Assembly (NCBI RefSeq): GCF_963921235.1
Contig: NC_086110.1
Location: forward strand, 13,516,001-13,580,000
DNA: 64,000 nucleotides
Source of the DNA: Mobula hypostoma
Lineage: Eukaryota
Reading direction: 5' to 3'
Under the pieces are notes generated by a model. The model saw nothing but the letters and a program-made list of their open reading frames with translations. It searched no databases and was not told the origin of the DNA. This document shows, piece by piece, positions 12,546 to 24,000 of this stretch; the first letter of the stretch is position 1, and every line of letters starts with the position of its first letter. The translations under genes were made by a program, and so were the position numbers.

Positions 12546-14797
12546 GCCTCAAGTCTCCTACCTCCAGCCTCACCTCGCCTCAACTCTCCTGCCTCCAGCC
12601 TCCATCCTCCAGCATCGCCTCGCCTCAAGTCTCAAGTCTCCAGCCTCCTGCCAAGCCTCGCCACAAGTCTCCTGCCTCCAGCCCCCAGCCTCGCCCTGCC
12701 TCAAGTCTCCTGTCTCCAGCCTCCTGCCAAGTCTCGCCTCAAGTCTCCAGCCTCCTGCCTCCTGCCAAGCCTCGCCTCAAGTCTCTTGCCTCCAGCCTCC
12801 AGCCTCGCCCTGCCTCGTTTCCTGCCTCAAGCCTCCTGCCAAGCCTCGCCTCAAGTCTCTTGCCTCCAGCCTCCAGCCTTGCCTCGCCTCAAGTCTCAAG
12901 TCTCCAGCCTCCTGCCAAGCCTCGCCTCGTCTCTTGCCTAGCATCGAGCCTGAAGACTCCGATCTCTAGCCTCTAGCTTCTTTCCAAGCCGAGACAAATC
13001 TCTAGCCTCTAGCTTCAAGCCTGAAGACTCCAGCCTCCTGCCTCCTGCCAAGCCTTGTCTCTAATCTCTAGCCTCAAGTCTGCAGTCTCCAGCTTAATCC
13101 TGCCTGCCTGCCAAGCCTCGTCCTTGCCTAGTTCTCGGGTCCGAGCCAGTCTCAAGACCCAGGTACTGGGTCCTTGTCCAGTTCCTGCCTTGGAGTCCAA
13201 TTCGGGCTCCTAGTTCTCTTATTCAGTCCTGTTCCAGGTTCCTGGTTTTCCTGTCTATATTCTTGCCATCGCCCTGTATCCTAGTCCTGTTCCTGGTACT
13301 TCAGTGTCTGTGTCTTCAACTTGGGTCCATTCCCAGCCACCACCTTATGGCAGAACGATCCAGCCAATCATGGACCCAGCGACACAGACACTGTCGTTTT
13401 ACTCTGGGCTCCCGGGGTTCCTTTCTGTTAATTACCCTCCCACCTGCCCGGGTCGTCCATAGTCTGGATACTCTGTTTGGTCACCAGGATACTCCCGTAG
13501 AGAGGGGAGTACTGTCATGGTCTGGTCCGTGAAGTCCGTATTCCGGTTCACGGTCCAGTCCATCGACCCTTGCTCCAGGTTTTCCTGTTTACACTGTGCC
13601 TGTTCTGGTTGAGCTCTAATTGAGGCAGCTGATTCTGGTTGGGGCTGGCTGCATGAAAACCTCCAGAGACCAGGGTGTGGCTGCTGGATTGCTGTTGTCC
13701 TTACTCATTGTATCCCTTGCTCTGCCTTCTGTTTCCTCGCCTGAAACCCTGCCTTGTCTTGCCGGTAACTCTCGCCTCGTCTCGCCGGCAGTCTTGTCCT
13801 GGAGCCACCCTGTACCTAACTCCCTTCCTGTCCCTTCCCTCTGCCCAGGTAAGCCAGGCCGCCTTGCCGTTACCTGGGGTTACTTCTGTCCCTTCATGTC
13901 CCTTGCGTCCGCCCAGGTAAGCGAGGCCGTCCTGCCGTTACCTGGGGTTGGTTCTGTCCCTTCCTGTCCCTTGCCTCTGTCGGGTGGTGATCCGCGCCCT
14001 GCCCAGGAGGAGCCAAGCCTCGCCTCAAGTCTCCAGCCTCCTACCTCCTGCCAAGCCTCGCCTCAAGTCTCCAGCCTCCTGCCTCCAGCCTCGCCTCGCC
14101 TCAAGTCTCCTGCCTCCAGCCTCCAGCCTCGACTCGCATCAAGTCTCCTGCCTCCAGCCTCGTCTCGCCTCAAGTCTCAAGTCTCCAGCCTCCTGCCATG
14201 CCTCGCCTCGTCACTTGCCTAGCCTCGAGCCTGAAGACTCCAGCCTCTAGCCTCTAGCCTCTTGCCAAGCCAAGCCAAGTCTCTAACCTCTAGCTTCAAG
14301 CCTGAAGACTCCAGCCTCGAGTCTCTAGCCTCTTGCCAAACCAAGCCAAGTCTCTAGCCTACGGTCTCCTGCCAAGCCAAACCAAGTCTGTAGTCTCTAG
14401 CCTACGGTCTCCTGCCAAACCAAACCAAGTCTGTAGCCTCTAGCCTCTTGCCAAGCCAAGCCAAGTCTCTAGCCTACAGTCTCCTGCCAAGCCAAGCCAA
14501 GTCTGTAGCCGCTAGATTCAAGACTGAAGACTCCAGCCTCGTCCTGCCTGCCTGCCAAGCCTCGTCCTTGCCTAGTTCTAGGGTCAGAGCCAGAGGCAAG
14601 GCCCAGGTACTGGGTCCTTGTCCAGTCTCTGGCTAGGAGTCCAAGCCAAGGCTCCTAACTCTCTTCTTCAGTTCTGTTCCAGGTTTCTGGTTTTCCTGTC
14701 CATGTCCTTGCCAACGCCCTGTATCCTCGTCCTGTCCCTAGTACTTCAATGTCTGTGTTTTGCACTGGGGTCCATTCCCAGCCACCACCATATGGCA
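12546..14797 (+). mobile_element. Miniature Gypsy-type LTR element: truncated 5' LTR, 160-bp interior, full 3' LTR
   Basis: 5' LTR ends ...TATGGCA at 13352, followed by GAACGATCCAGCCA and a gag-like ATGGACCCAGCG at 13370. A PPT (AGAGAGGGGAG) precedes the 3' LTR, TGTCATG(13513)...TATGGCA(14797). Confidence 0.8.
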
Positions 14798-14888
14798 CAT
14801 ACATGGTAAATGATAGGGCATTGAAGAATGCTGTAGAACAGAGTGATCTAGGAATAATATGCTAGTTCACTAAATGTGGAATCTCATG

Positions 14889-16717
14889 GGGAATCTCGAG
14901 AAAAGGATTGGTCAAGACAAATGTAGGTCCCCTACAGACAGAAATATGTGAATTTATTATGGGGAGCAAGGACATGGCAGACCAATGGAACAACTACTTT
15001 GGCTCTGTCTTCACTAAGGAGGACATAAATAATGTTCCAGAAATCGGAGGGGACAGAGGATCCAGTGAGATGGAGGAACTGAGAGAAATACACGTTAGTC
15101 GGGAAGTGGTGTTAGGTAAATTGAAGGGATTAAAGGCAGTTAAATCCCCAGGGCCAGATAGTCTGCATCCCAGAGTGCTTAAGGAAGTAGCCCAAAAAAT
15201 TGTGGATGCATTAGTGATAATTTTTCAAAACTCTTTAGATTCTGGACTAGTTCCTGAGGATTGGAGGGTAGCTAATGTAAACCCCGTTTGAAAAAAGGAG
15301 GGAGAGAGAAACCGGGGAAATATAGACCGGTTAGCCTCACTTCGATCGTGGGGAAAATGCTAGAGTCAGTTATCAAAAGATGTGATAACAACATATTTGG
15401 AAAGCGGTGAAATCATTGGACAAAGTCCGTATGGATTTGTGAAAGGAAAATCATGTCTGCCGAATTTCATAGAAGGTTTTGAGGATGTAACTAGTGAGTG
15501 GATAGGAGAGAACCAATGGATGTGGTATATTTGGATTTTCAAAAGGCTTTTTACAAGGTCCCACACAGGAGATTAATGTGCAAACTTTAAGCTCACGGTA
15601 TTGGGGGTAAGGTATTGATGTGGATAGAGAATTGGTTGGCAGACAGGAAGCAAAGAGTGGGATGAAAAGGGACCGTTTCAGAATGGCAAGCAGTGACTAG
15701 TGGGGTACCGCAAGGCACAGTGCTGGGATCCCAGCTGTTTACAATATATATTAATGACTTAGATGAGGGAATTAAATGCAGCATCTCCACGTTTGCGTAT
15801 GACAAGCTGAGCGGCAGTGTTAGCTGTGAGGAGGATGCTAACAGGATGCAGGGTGACTTGGATAGGTTAGGTGAGTGGGCAAATTCATGGCAGATGCAAT
15901 TTAATGCGGATAAATGTGAGGGTATCCACTTCGGTGGCAAAAATAGGAAAACAGATTATTATCTGAATGGTGGCCGATTAGGTAAAGGCGAGTTGCAACG
16001 AGACCTGGGTGTCATTACACAACAGTCGTTGAAAGTGGGCATGCAGGTACAGCAGGCGGTGAAAAAGGCAAATGGTATGCTGGCATTCATAGCAAGAGGA
16101 TTCGAGAACAGCAGCAGGGAGGTACTACTGCAGTTGTACAAGGCCTTGGTGAGACCACACCTGCAGTATTGTATGCAGTTTTGGTCCCCTAATCTGAGGA
16201 AAGATATCCTGGCTATAGAGGGAGTACAAAGATGGTTCACCAGATTGATTCCTGGGATGGCAGGACTTTCATATGATGCAAGACTGGATCGACTAGGCTT
16301 ATACTCGTTGGAATTTAGAAGATTGAGGGGGGATCTTATTGAAACGTATAAAATCCTAAAGGGATTGGACAGGCCAGATGCAGGAAGATTGTTCCCGATG
16401 TTGGGGAAGTCCAGAACGAGGGGTCACATTTTGAGGATAAAGGGGAAGCCTTTTAGGACGGAGATTAGGGAAAACTTCTTCACACAGAGAGTGGTGAATC
16501 TGTGGAATTCTCTGCCACAGGAAACAGTTGAGGCCAGTTCATTGGCTATATTTAAGAGGGAGTTAGATATGGCCCTTGTGGCTAAAGGGATCGGGGGTAT
16601 GGAGGGAAGGCTGGTACAGGGTTCTGAGTTGGATGATCAGCCATGATCATACTGAATGGCGGTGCAGTCTCGAAAGGCCGAATGGCCTACTCCTGCACCT
16701 ATTTTCTATGTTTCTAT
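14889..16717 (+). mobile_element. CR1 LINE (same subfamily as 6293) nested in an older CR1
   Basis: 317-aa RT C-terminal ORF and a TTTCTATG tail. The flanks 14798-14888 and 16718-17375 are consecutive parts of a subfamily-2 CR1 (compare 18481 onward). Confidence 0.9.
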
Positions 16718-17375
16718 GATATAGCGGTAAAGAAAGCTTTTGGCATGCTGGCCTGTATTAATCGGAGCATTGAGGATGGGAGTTGGGATGTAATGTTGAA
16801 ATTGTATAAGGCATTGGTAAGGCCAAATTTGGAGTATTGTGTACAGTTCTGTTCACCGAATTATAGGAAAGATGTCAATAAAATTGGGACAGGACAGAGG
16901 AGGTTTACTAAAACGTTGCTTGCGTTTCATCTCATAAGTTACAGAGAAAGGTTGAACAAGTTAGGTCTTTATTCTTTGGAGCGTAGACGGTTAAGGGGGA
17001 ACTTGATAGAGGTGTTTAAAATTATGAGGGGGATTGATAGAATTGACGTGGATAGGCTTTTTCCATTGAGAATGGGGCAGATTCAAACAAGAGGACATGA
17101 GTTGAGAGTTAAAGGGCAAAAGTTTAGGGGTAACATGAGTGGGAACTTCTTTATTCAGAGAGTGTTAGCTGTGCGGAACGAGGTTCCAGTAGAAGTGGTT
17201 GAGGCAGGTTTCATTGTTGTCGCTTAAAGTTTAATTGGATAGATAAATGGACAGGACAGGAATGAAGGATTACGGGCTGAGTGAAGGTCGGTGGGACTAG
17301 ATGAGAGTAGGAGTTCGGCACGGACTAGAAGGGCCAAGATGGCCTGTTTCTGTGCTGTAATTGTTATATGGTTAT
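16718..17375 (+). mobile_element. CR1 subfamily 2 3' portion (host of the nested insertion)
   Basis: YKALVRPNLEYCVQF and RRRLRGNLIEVFK, followed by the 3' UTR. Confidence 0.88.
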
Positions 17376-19230
17376 AAGATACGAGGCTGTTTTGGAAAGT
17401 AAGGTGAAAATAAATCCAAAGGGTTTCTACAGTTATATTAATAGCAAAAGGATAGTGAGGGATAACATTGGTCCCTTAGGGAATCGGAGTGGACAGCTAT
17501 GTGCAGAACAAAAAGAGATGGGGGAGATTTTGAACAAATTCTTTTCTTCGGTATTCACTCAGGAGAAGTATATCGAATTGTGTAAGGTAAGGGAAACAGG
17601 TAGGGAAGTTATGGAAACTATTTTGATTAAAGAACAGTAAGTGTTGGAGCGTTGAATGAATATAAATGTGGACAATTCTCCGAATCCTGACAGGATAATC
17701 CCTAGGACCTTGAGGGAAGTTAGTGCAGAAATAACAGGGGCACTGACGGAAATATTTCAACTGTCATTAGTCACGGGGTTAACGCCGTAGGGATGGCGTA
17801 GTGCTCATGTTGTTCCATTGTTTGGAGAGGGTTCTCAGAGTAATCACCAGCCTGTAAGTGTGACGTCAATGGTGGGCAAATTGATGGAAAGTATTCTTAG
17901 AGATGATATATACAATTATCTGGATAGACAGGGTCTGATTCGGAATAGTCTACATAGATTTGTGTGGAAGGTCCTGTTTGAATAATCAGATTGAATTTTT
18001 TGAAGACGTTACTAGGAAAGTTTACGAGGGCAAAGCAGTGGATGTTGTCTATATCGACTTCAGTAAGGCCTTAGACAAGGTTCCACACGGATGGTTAGTT
18101 AGGAAGGTTCAATCGTTAGATATTAATATTGAAGTAGTAAAATGGATCCCAACAGTGGCTGGATGGGAGACGCCAGAGAATAGTGGTGGATAATTGTTTG
18201 TCATGTTGGAGTCCGGTGACTAATGGTGTGCCTCAGGGATCTGTACTTGTTCCAATGTTGTTTGCCATATACATTAATGATCTGGATGATGGGGTGGTAA
18301 ATTGGATTAGTAAGTATGCAGATGATACTAAGATAGGTGGCCTTGTGGATAATGAAGTAGTCTTTCAAAGCTTGCAGAGAGATTTAGGCCAGTTAGAAGA
18401 GCGGGCTGAAAGATGTCAAATGCAGATTAATGCTGGTAAGTGTGAGGTGCTACAGTTTTGTAGGACTAATCAAAATATGACATACATGGTAAATGGTAGG
18501 GCATTGAAGAAAGCAGTAGAACAGAGGGATCGAGGAATAATGGTGCATAGTTCCCTGAAGGTAGAATCTCATGTGGCTAGGTTGGTGAAGAGAGCTTTTG
18601 GTATGCTGGCCTTTATAAATCAGAGCATTGAGTGAAGAAGTTGGGATGTAATGTTAATATTGTACAAGGAATTGGTAAGGCCAAATTTGGAGTATTGTGT
18701 ACAGTTCTGGTCATCGAATTATAGGAAAGATGTCAGCCAAATGGAGAGGCTACCAGAGAAGATTTACTAGAATGTTACCTGGGTTTCAGCACCTAAGTTA
18801 CAGAGAAAGGCTGAACACGTTGGGTCGTTATTCTCTGGAGCATACACGGTTGAGGAGGGACTTGATAGAGATATTTAAAATTATGAGGGGGATAGATAGA
18901 GTTGAAGTGGATAGGCTTTTTCCATTGAGAGTAGGGGAGAGTCAAACAAGAAGACATTAGTTGAGAATTGGGCGCAAAAGTTTAGGGCTAGCACGATGGG
19001 GAACCTCTTTACTCTGAGAGTAGTAGCTGTGTGGAACGAGCTTCCAGCAGAAGTAGTAGAGGCAGGCTCGATATTGTCATTTGAAGTAAAATAGACAGCT
19101 ATATGAACAGGAAAGGAATGGAGGGTTATGGGCCGCGTGCAGGTCGGTCGGACTAGGTGAGAGTAAGCATTCAGCACGGACTAGAAGGGCCGAATTGGCC
19201 TCCTTCCGTGCTGTAACTGTTATATGGTAA
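17376..19230 (+). mobile_element. CR1 subfamily 2, frameshifted
   Basis: DFSKALDKVPH, GVPQGSVL, YADDTKIGG and the 3' UTR. Confidence 0.9.
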
Positions 19231-20268
19231 TATGCTTATATAGATTAGATTATTTTTCCCATGATTCGTAAGAGAATGAGTGAACATTTGACAGAGGTAT
19301 ACAAAATTATGAAGGTGGCAAATATGCTGCATTAAAGCCTGCTTCATCCACTGAGGTTTGGTGAGAATGCAATTGGAAATCAGAGCTTAAGTGTGACTGA
19401 GAAGCATTAAAGACAAACCTGAGCAGAAATGTCTGTATTCAGGCTGTAATGCTACTGTGGAATTAGCTGCCAGCGGAGGTGTTGAGAGTGGGTTTGCGCC
19501 CGTCTGTCTACCCTTTACTATCTAACTCCATCAAAATTCACCTTGATCTCGAGAGATGTATATTTCTCCCCATTTTGTATGGTGAAAGAAATGTGGATTT
19601 TGCTAATCCTGCATGAAAAAAGTTGGAATGACAATTTTCAGTGCCTGCGACAATTTGTTGCTTGATGTTGGAATGAAGTCTTTTGGAGCTGGGTATTATT
19701 CCTGTCTACTGGTTGATACGGAAATGGAGCATTGTGCTGCATACAGACTCTTTGATAGAGATTATATGTTTTCATATTTCTGGCGTCTGTGATGACGAAT
19801 CGAGTCATCCAACTCCAGCCATTCACATTATTATCAGTATTATTTCAACTTCTTGCATGCAAAACAATCCTAACATTACTTGACAAGTAATTCGTTGTAT
19901 TCAAAGTACCTTCGCGATAATAAGGGTAAAGTCCAAAGGTATCATAAACCTTGGACATTAGGTTTAACTGGGAGATAGCTCATGAACAGGGTTGGACAAA
20001 CAGCAGCGGGAAAGAGTCGGGGGAAGTGCGATACGATAAACAGAAGTAACTCTATTGTGCACCTAATAGATGCTACATGAAAAGTAATTAATTATTCTGT
20101 TCATTAAAATTCTGAATTTAGAATATCAGGACTGGGGTGTATTTAAACACGGAAAACAAATGTATTGTCGCCTTTTGCTTTATCAAGTAGAAACATTTCG
20201 TTAGATCCTCATCACTAAGTTTGATGTAAAATGCACAGGGCTGAAAATCTCATAACAGTCACACTCAC

Positions 20269-20574
20269 CGAACACAGTGAGCTTGGTGCCACTTCCATTC
20301 CCGAAAGAGTGCCCCTGATAGTTTGCTTCACAGTAATACAGTCCGGAGTCGGCCACTTTGGCATTCCACAGTGCAAGTTCTTCCCTTCCCCTTCCTTGCA
20401 TAAAATGTCTTCTGCTGTCGCTTTTTAAAAATACCTTCTCGCCTTCCCTCCACCAACGAACGTCAACAGTATCTTGAGATAGTGGAAATTTGCATAACAT
20501 AGTAACATTCGTACCACCCGGGACGTTCAGATCCCTAGGTAATTGAGATACTTCGCTCGCAGTTACTTTGACGG
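20269..20574 (-). CDS. Receptor gene 1, exon 2: germline-joined VJ-type Ig domain
   Basis: Acceptor ttattttccggcag|CC, donor G|GTGAGT, 306 nt, phase 1-1. Carries MLC, VRWWR, ELAL, DSGLYYC and J-like GSGTKLTV in one exon (ORF 20201..20668). Confidence 0.92.
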
Positions 20575-20778
20575 CTGCCGGAAAATAAGCAAGAGTATTA
20601 ATAACAATCAGATACAGTGAATTTAAAATAAAACGTAAGACGTAAGTCACTGGACATCTAAGAGCCAAAGGCGACCGAATAGCTGGAACACTGCAACCAA
20701 ATATGTTGCTGGCACCCAGTGTTTAATGTTCTAAAATACAACGTTCAGTTCGGAAACGGCATATATAAATTAGCATAC

Positions 20779-20833
20779 TCAGCCAAGTAGTAGCTAGAAG
20801 TGCCATATACGAAACGGTAAATTTCCCCGACAT
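20779..20833 (-). CDS. Receptor gene 1, exon 1: signal-peptide exon (MSGKFTVSYMALLATTWL)
   Basis: ATG at 20833, 18 codons plus 1 nt, then donor A|GTATGC (phase 1). It joins the V exon across a 204-bp intron to give MSGKFTVSYMALLATTWL-T-VKVTA/SEVSQ, a typical leader. Confidence 0.8.
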
Positions 20834-20839
20834 CCTACA

Positions 20840-21010
20840 AAAACCGAATCAACCAATTCCTGCAATGCCAGTGGTAATTTAAAGAGTTTTCTGGAGGAAA
20901 AGGTCTTCGTGAGGAAATTGTTTGATCATGTTAACATGACGTAGGATGACGCCTCCGCAAGTCAGAATAATGTGGTTTAGGTTTAAACTCTGCCTGGGTT
21001 GGGAGGAAAG
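20840..21010 (-). promoter_or_regulatory. Candidate proximal promoter of receptor gene 1
   Basis: ETS-type GAGGAA at 20894, 20911 and 21003, RUNX TGTGGTT at 20971-20977, and TGACG at 20947, all within 180 bp of the ATG. These are short motifs and could occur by chance. Confidence 0.35.
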
Positions 21011-24000
21011 TAAGAACTCTTGCAATTCTATGTCTTTTTATATGGCCTACCCAGTGCTTTCCTGATTATGCTGGAAATTTTGCCCTCTTGCTGAATTCAG
21101 GAATTATCCAAATCTTTATTGAGATATATATTCAAATCTGTACTCTGCGCATTTTGATGGTAAGGATGGAAAATCCGCTTAGGAGTTGGAAAAATGTCCA
21201 ATAACATATACGGACAAAAAAAAAATAACAACGTTTATTCATTCCAATTTATATTTACAGCTTTGCTCCATTTCAATCATATACCTTTGGTCAAATAGTA
21301 CCCTGCTCGTTTCTCTACAAAAGCAATTGCGCCATACGTCCAAAAGGCTTTAAGCCGCGACGCGTAGGGACGGTGTTACATAAATGAAAATTTGTTTCTC
21401 TTGATAATTTATTTTAGGGTTTGGTTATAACGGTTCGACTAATGAACTACTGCTTAACGTTTGAATTGCAAAACAAAAAGGAAATTATGAACGAAACTGG
21501 TTAGAACAACAAGTATGTTCCCTCGGACGTCGTCACGGATCCGGCACAATGTATGATGTTGGATTCTGAGTATTGATGCCTATTACTTCAGCAATTTTCA
21601 TGTAATTTTAATGCTTAAGTTTCATGAAACAAAAACATATAATGTGAAAACTTCACAAATTTATTTCAGTGACAGATTTCAGGCTGTGTTTTTTTTTCAA
21701 AGTATGCCCCAGGTTCCTCACTCGCTGCTGTAACCACAGCGAAAAGCAGCAGCAAATACTGTCTGCGATAGGAATAGAGTTAGGGTATTAGATGTTGATC
21801 ACATAACGAGAGAGCTTAGAGTTCAAACAGCAAGTTATTCAGTTTAATAATTACAGAGATTCAAGAGGGACTGCGCTAAAATCTACAAAGGGCGCATCGA
21901 GGAAGCCTCAGATGATCGATTGCAGTTCCGAGGCTCCATTTTAAATCCAATAAGCACGAGCAGTTGCGTTGCGGGAAATGCTGCTATTTTAAATATCTCC
22001 TACATTTCCACAAAGTAAAGGGGAGGCAATAGGATAGTTCATCGAGCAAAAAAAAAAATAACACGTTAGCAAAAAAGGGGTTAGCACGCACCCATGTGTC
22101 TAACCTGATAGGGTATGAATTGTTATTCATTTATAAAATGACAGCATTGAATATTTCAAAAGCAGCTTGGTTGGCGATGAAACTATACTGAGCTCCCATG
22201 GGCTTGCTACGAACGGAGTGAAGATTCTGATTACCATGTCAAACGCCTCGACATTTTGAGCAGTTATATTTCCGAATTGCCACGAAGCAATGGGGATATT
22301 ATGCTGTTTTCACAGAAGCTTGACACCATTATTAAATTTTATCTCCTGTCCTCTCAGATCTGAAATTATGTAGCTGTTTGGGACGTAAAGGTGTTCACTG
22401 GTAAAACATATTTTGTTTGTTGGATCCCACGGGATGTAATTGATGTCTGTTTGTTGAGGAGTTAGAGGAAATGGACATTGTGAACCTTATCCTGCTGTGC
22501 ATCTGGATGAATTTTAAGTAACTAGTCTAATAAGAGATAACTTAGTTTTAAGTTACACGTAATGTGTAATGCCGGATACAACAAAAAAGTGTCTGCGGCA
22601 GAAAACACGATTTCTTGGAGGTAAGTTTTCCGTCGAGATTTCTGCCTTGATCTTCAGATACTCCTTTTTCTAGAGGGATAAATCCTAATGATGAATGTAC
22701 TGTAATTACTTCCCCATGAACCATTCTCTATTTTCTATTGGTCGATTCTTCATGGTGTGTGAGAATGGAGCAGTCACTTGGACCGATTACTGAGCACTTA
22801 AAAACAAGTTGGCTGATAAAAATTGCCCTTGTTTGGGTACGGTTGGGATTGTCGTGGTAGCTCTTAGGTAACAATTGAATAAGACTGCCGATGCATTTTT
22901 AATCTCAAATGCTTCAGAGATAAGCCCTACATCTCTATGCTGTATTTTGACCAGCATAAATTTGTTAACTGGGCCGAAAAAGCACAGGAAAGTATAAGAC
23001 ACTTTAGAAACAAAGAAAACCGGGAGCCCATTCCACACACTCACCACTCTCTGTGTAAAAAATGTACCTCTGACCGACTTCGAAGTAGTTTAAAAATGTG
23101 CCTTCTCCTGCTTGGCATTTCCGCCTTGGCATAAAGCCTTTTGTTCTTATTTTTTTTAGCATTTAATATTTTTTTATTTCAAATGCTTGAATACATGACA
23201 ATCTCAGAAAAATCAAGATGTTTTTAAATGTTAAGCACAGCTCTGGTTAGGCCAAAGCATTGACTGCAAATCTAGCTTTCTAATTTGTGGAAAATGTTAT
23301 GCCCCGGACGAGATAATCATTTATAATATCGCACCTTTAAATGCCTCTGCTTTCATTGCAAACTTGTTCCGAAACGTTTTCAACAAAGTTCTTTTTGGAT
23401 AAATATTTCAATTGCATGTTCATTATTCTTTAATGGCTAATAGGGAGCTCAATTGTAGTTAGTTGAACGCAAAATTAAAGCTACTGTTTGCTACAACTGA
23501 CAGACCAAGGAAACACTCAGCAAGCCACGCAGCGTCTGCCGAGAGAAATAGTGTGAACAATTCAAGTTGGTAATTTTTTACTAGTTCATGAAGAGAAATG
23601 ATTTGTATTTCCCCCTTTCTAAGAAGGTTCTCGATGTCTTCTGCTTACTTTTGGATTGCAAACATCTTTAATGCTGTTTTCCATTAATTACTCTGCGTTA
23701 CAATTAACGATCTAACGATATGAACCAAATACAAAGCGAGATGACTTTCATTGAGATGACTTCTCCTTTCATTCGAGTCTTTAAAAGTATCGTTGAAAGC
23801 TTTAGAAAAGGCAGCTCTCGAAATTGGAACTTCATGTAATGTTGTCTACCTGATCCTGTTCATTTGACGCTGTTTTTAATATAACAATGGACGAGTACAG
23901 CACAGGAACGTGACCTTCGGCGAAGCTGTCTGTCGCAAACACGATGTGAAATTAAACTGAATCTCTACTAGCTGCGGTCCCTCATTTAATTAATTAGACA

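Noticed and set aside
12407-14636. Long Ser/Leu/Pro/Ala-rich ORFs (also at 55652-56304)
   Set aside because: They are translations of the low-complexity LTR minisatellite.
20273-20373. Two perfect RSS heptamers (CACAGTG at 20273 and 20367) within the V exon
   Set aside because: No nonamer at 12 or 23 bp; they are simply the antisense of the codons for LTV and ALW.
20575-20668. Hydrophobic N-terminal extension of ORF 20201..20668 as a leader
   Set aside because: It starts at TTG and contains the pyrimidine tract and AG acceptor; a proper ATG leader exon lies at 20779-20833.
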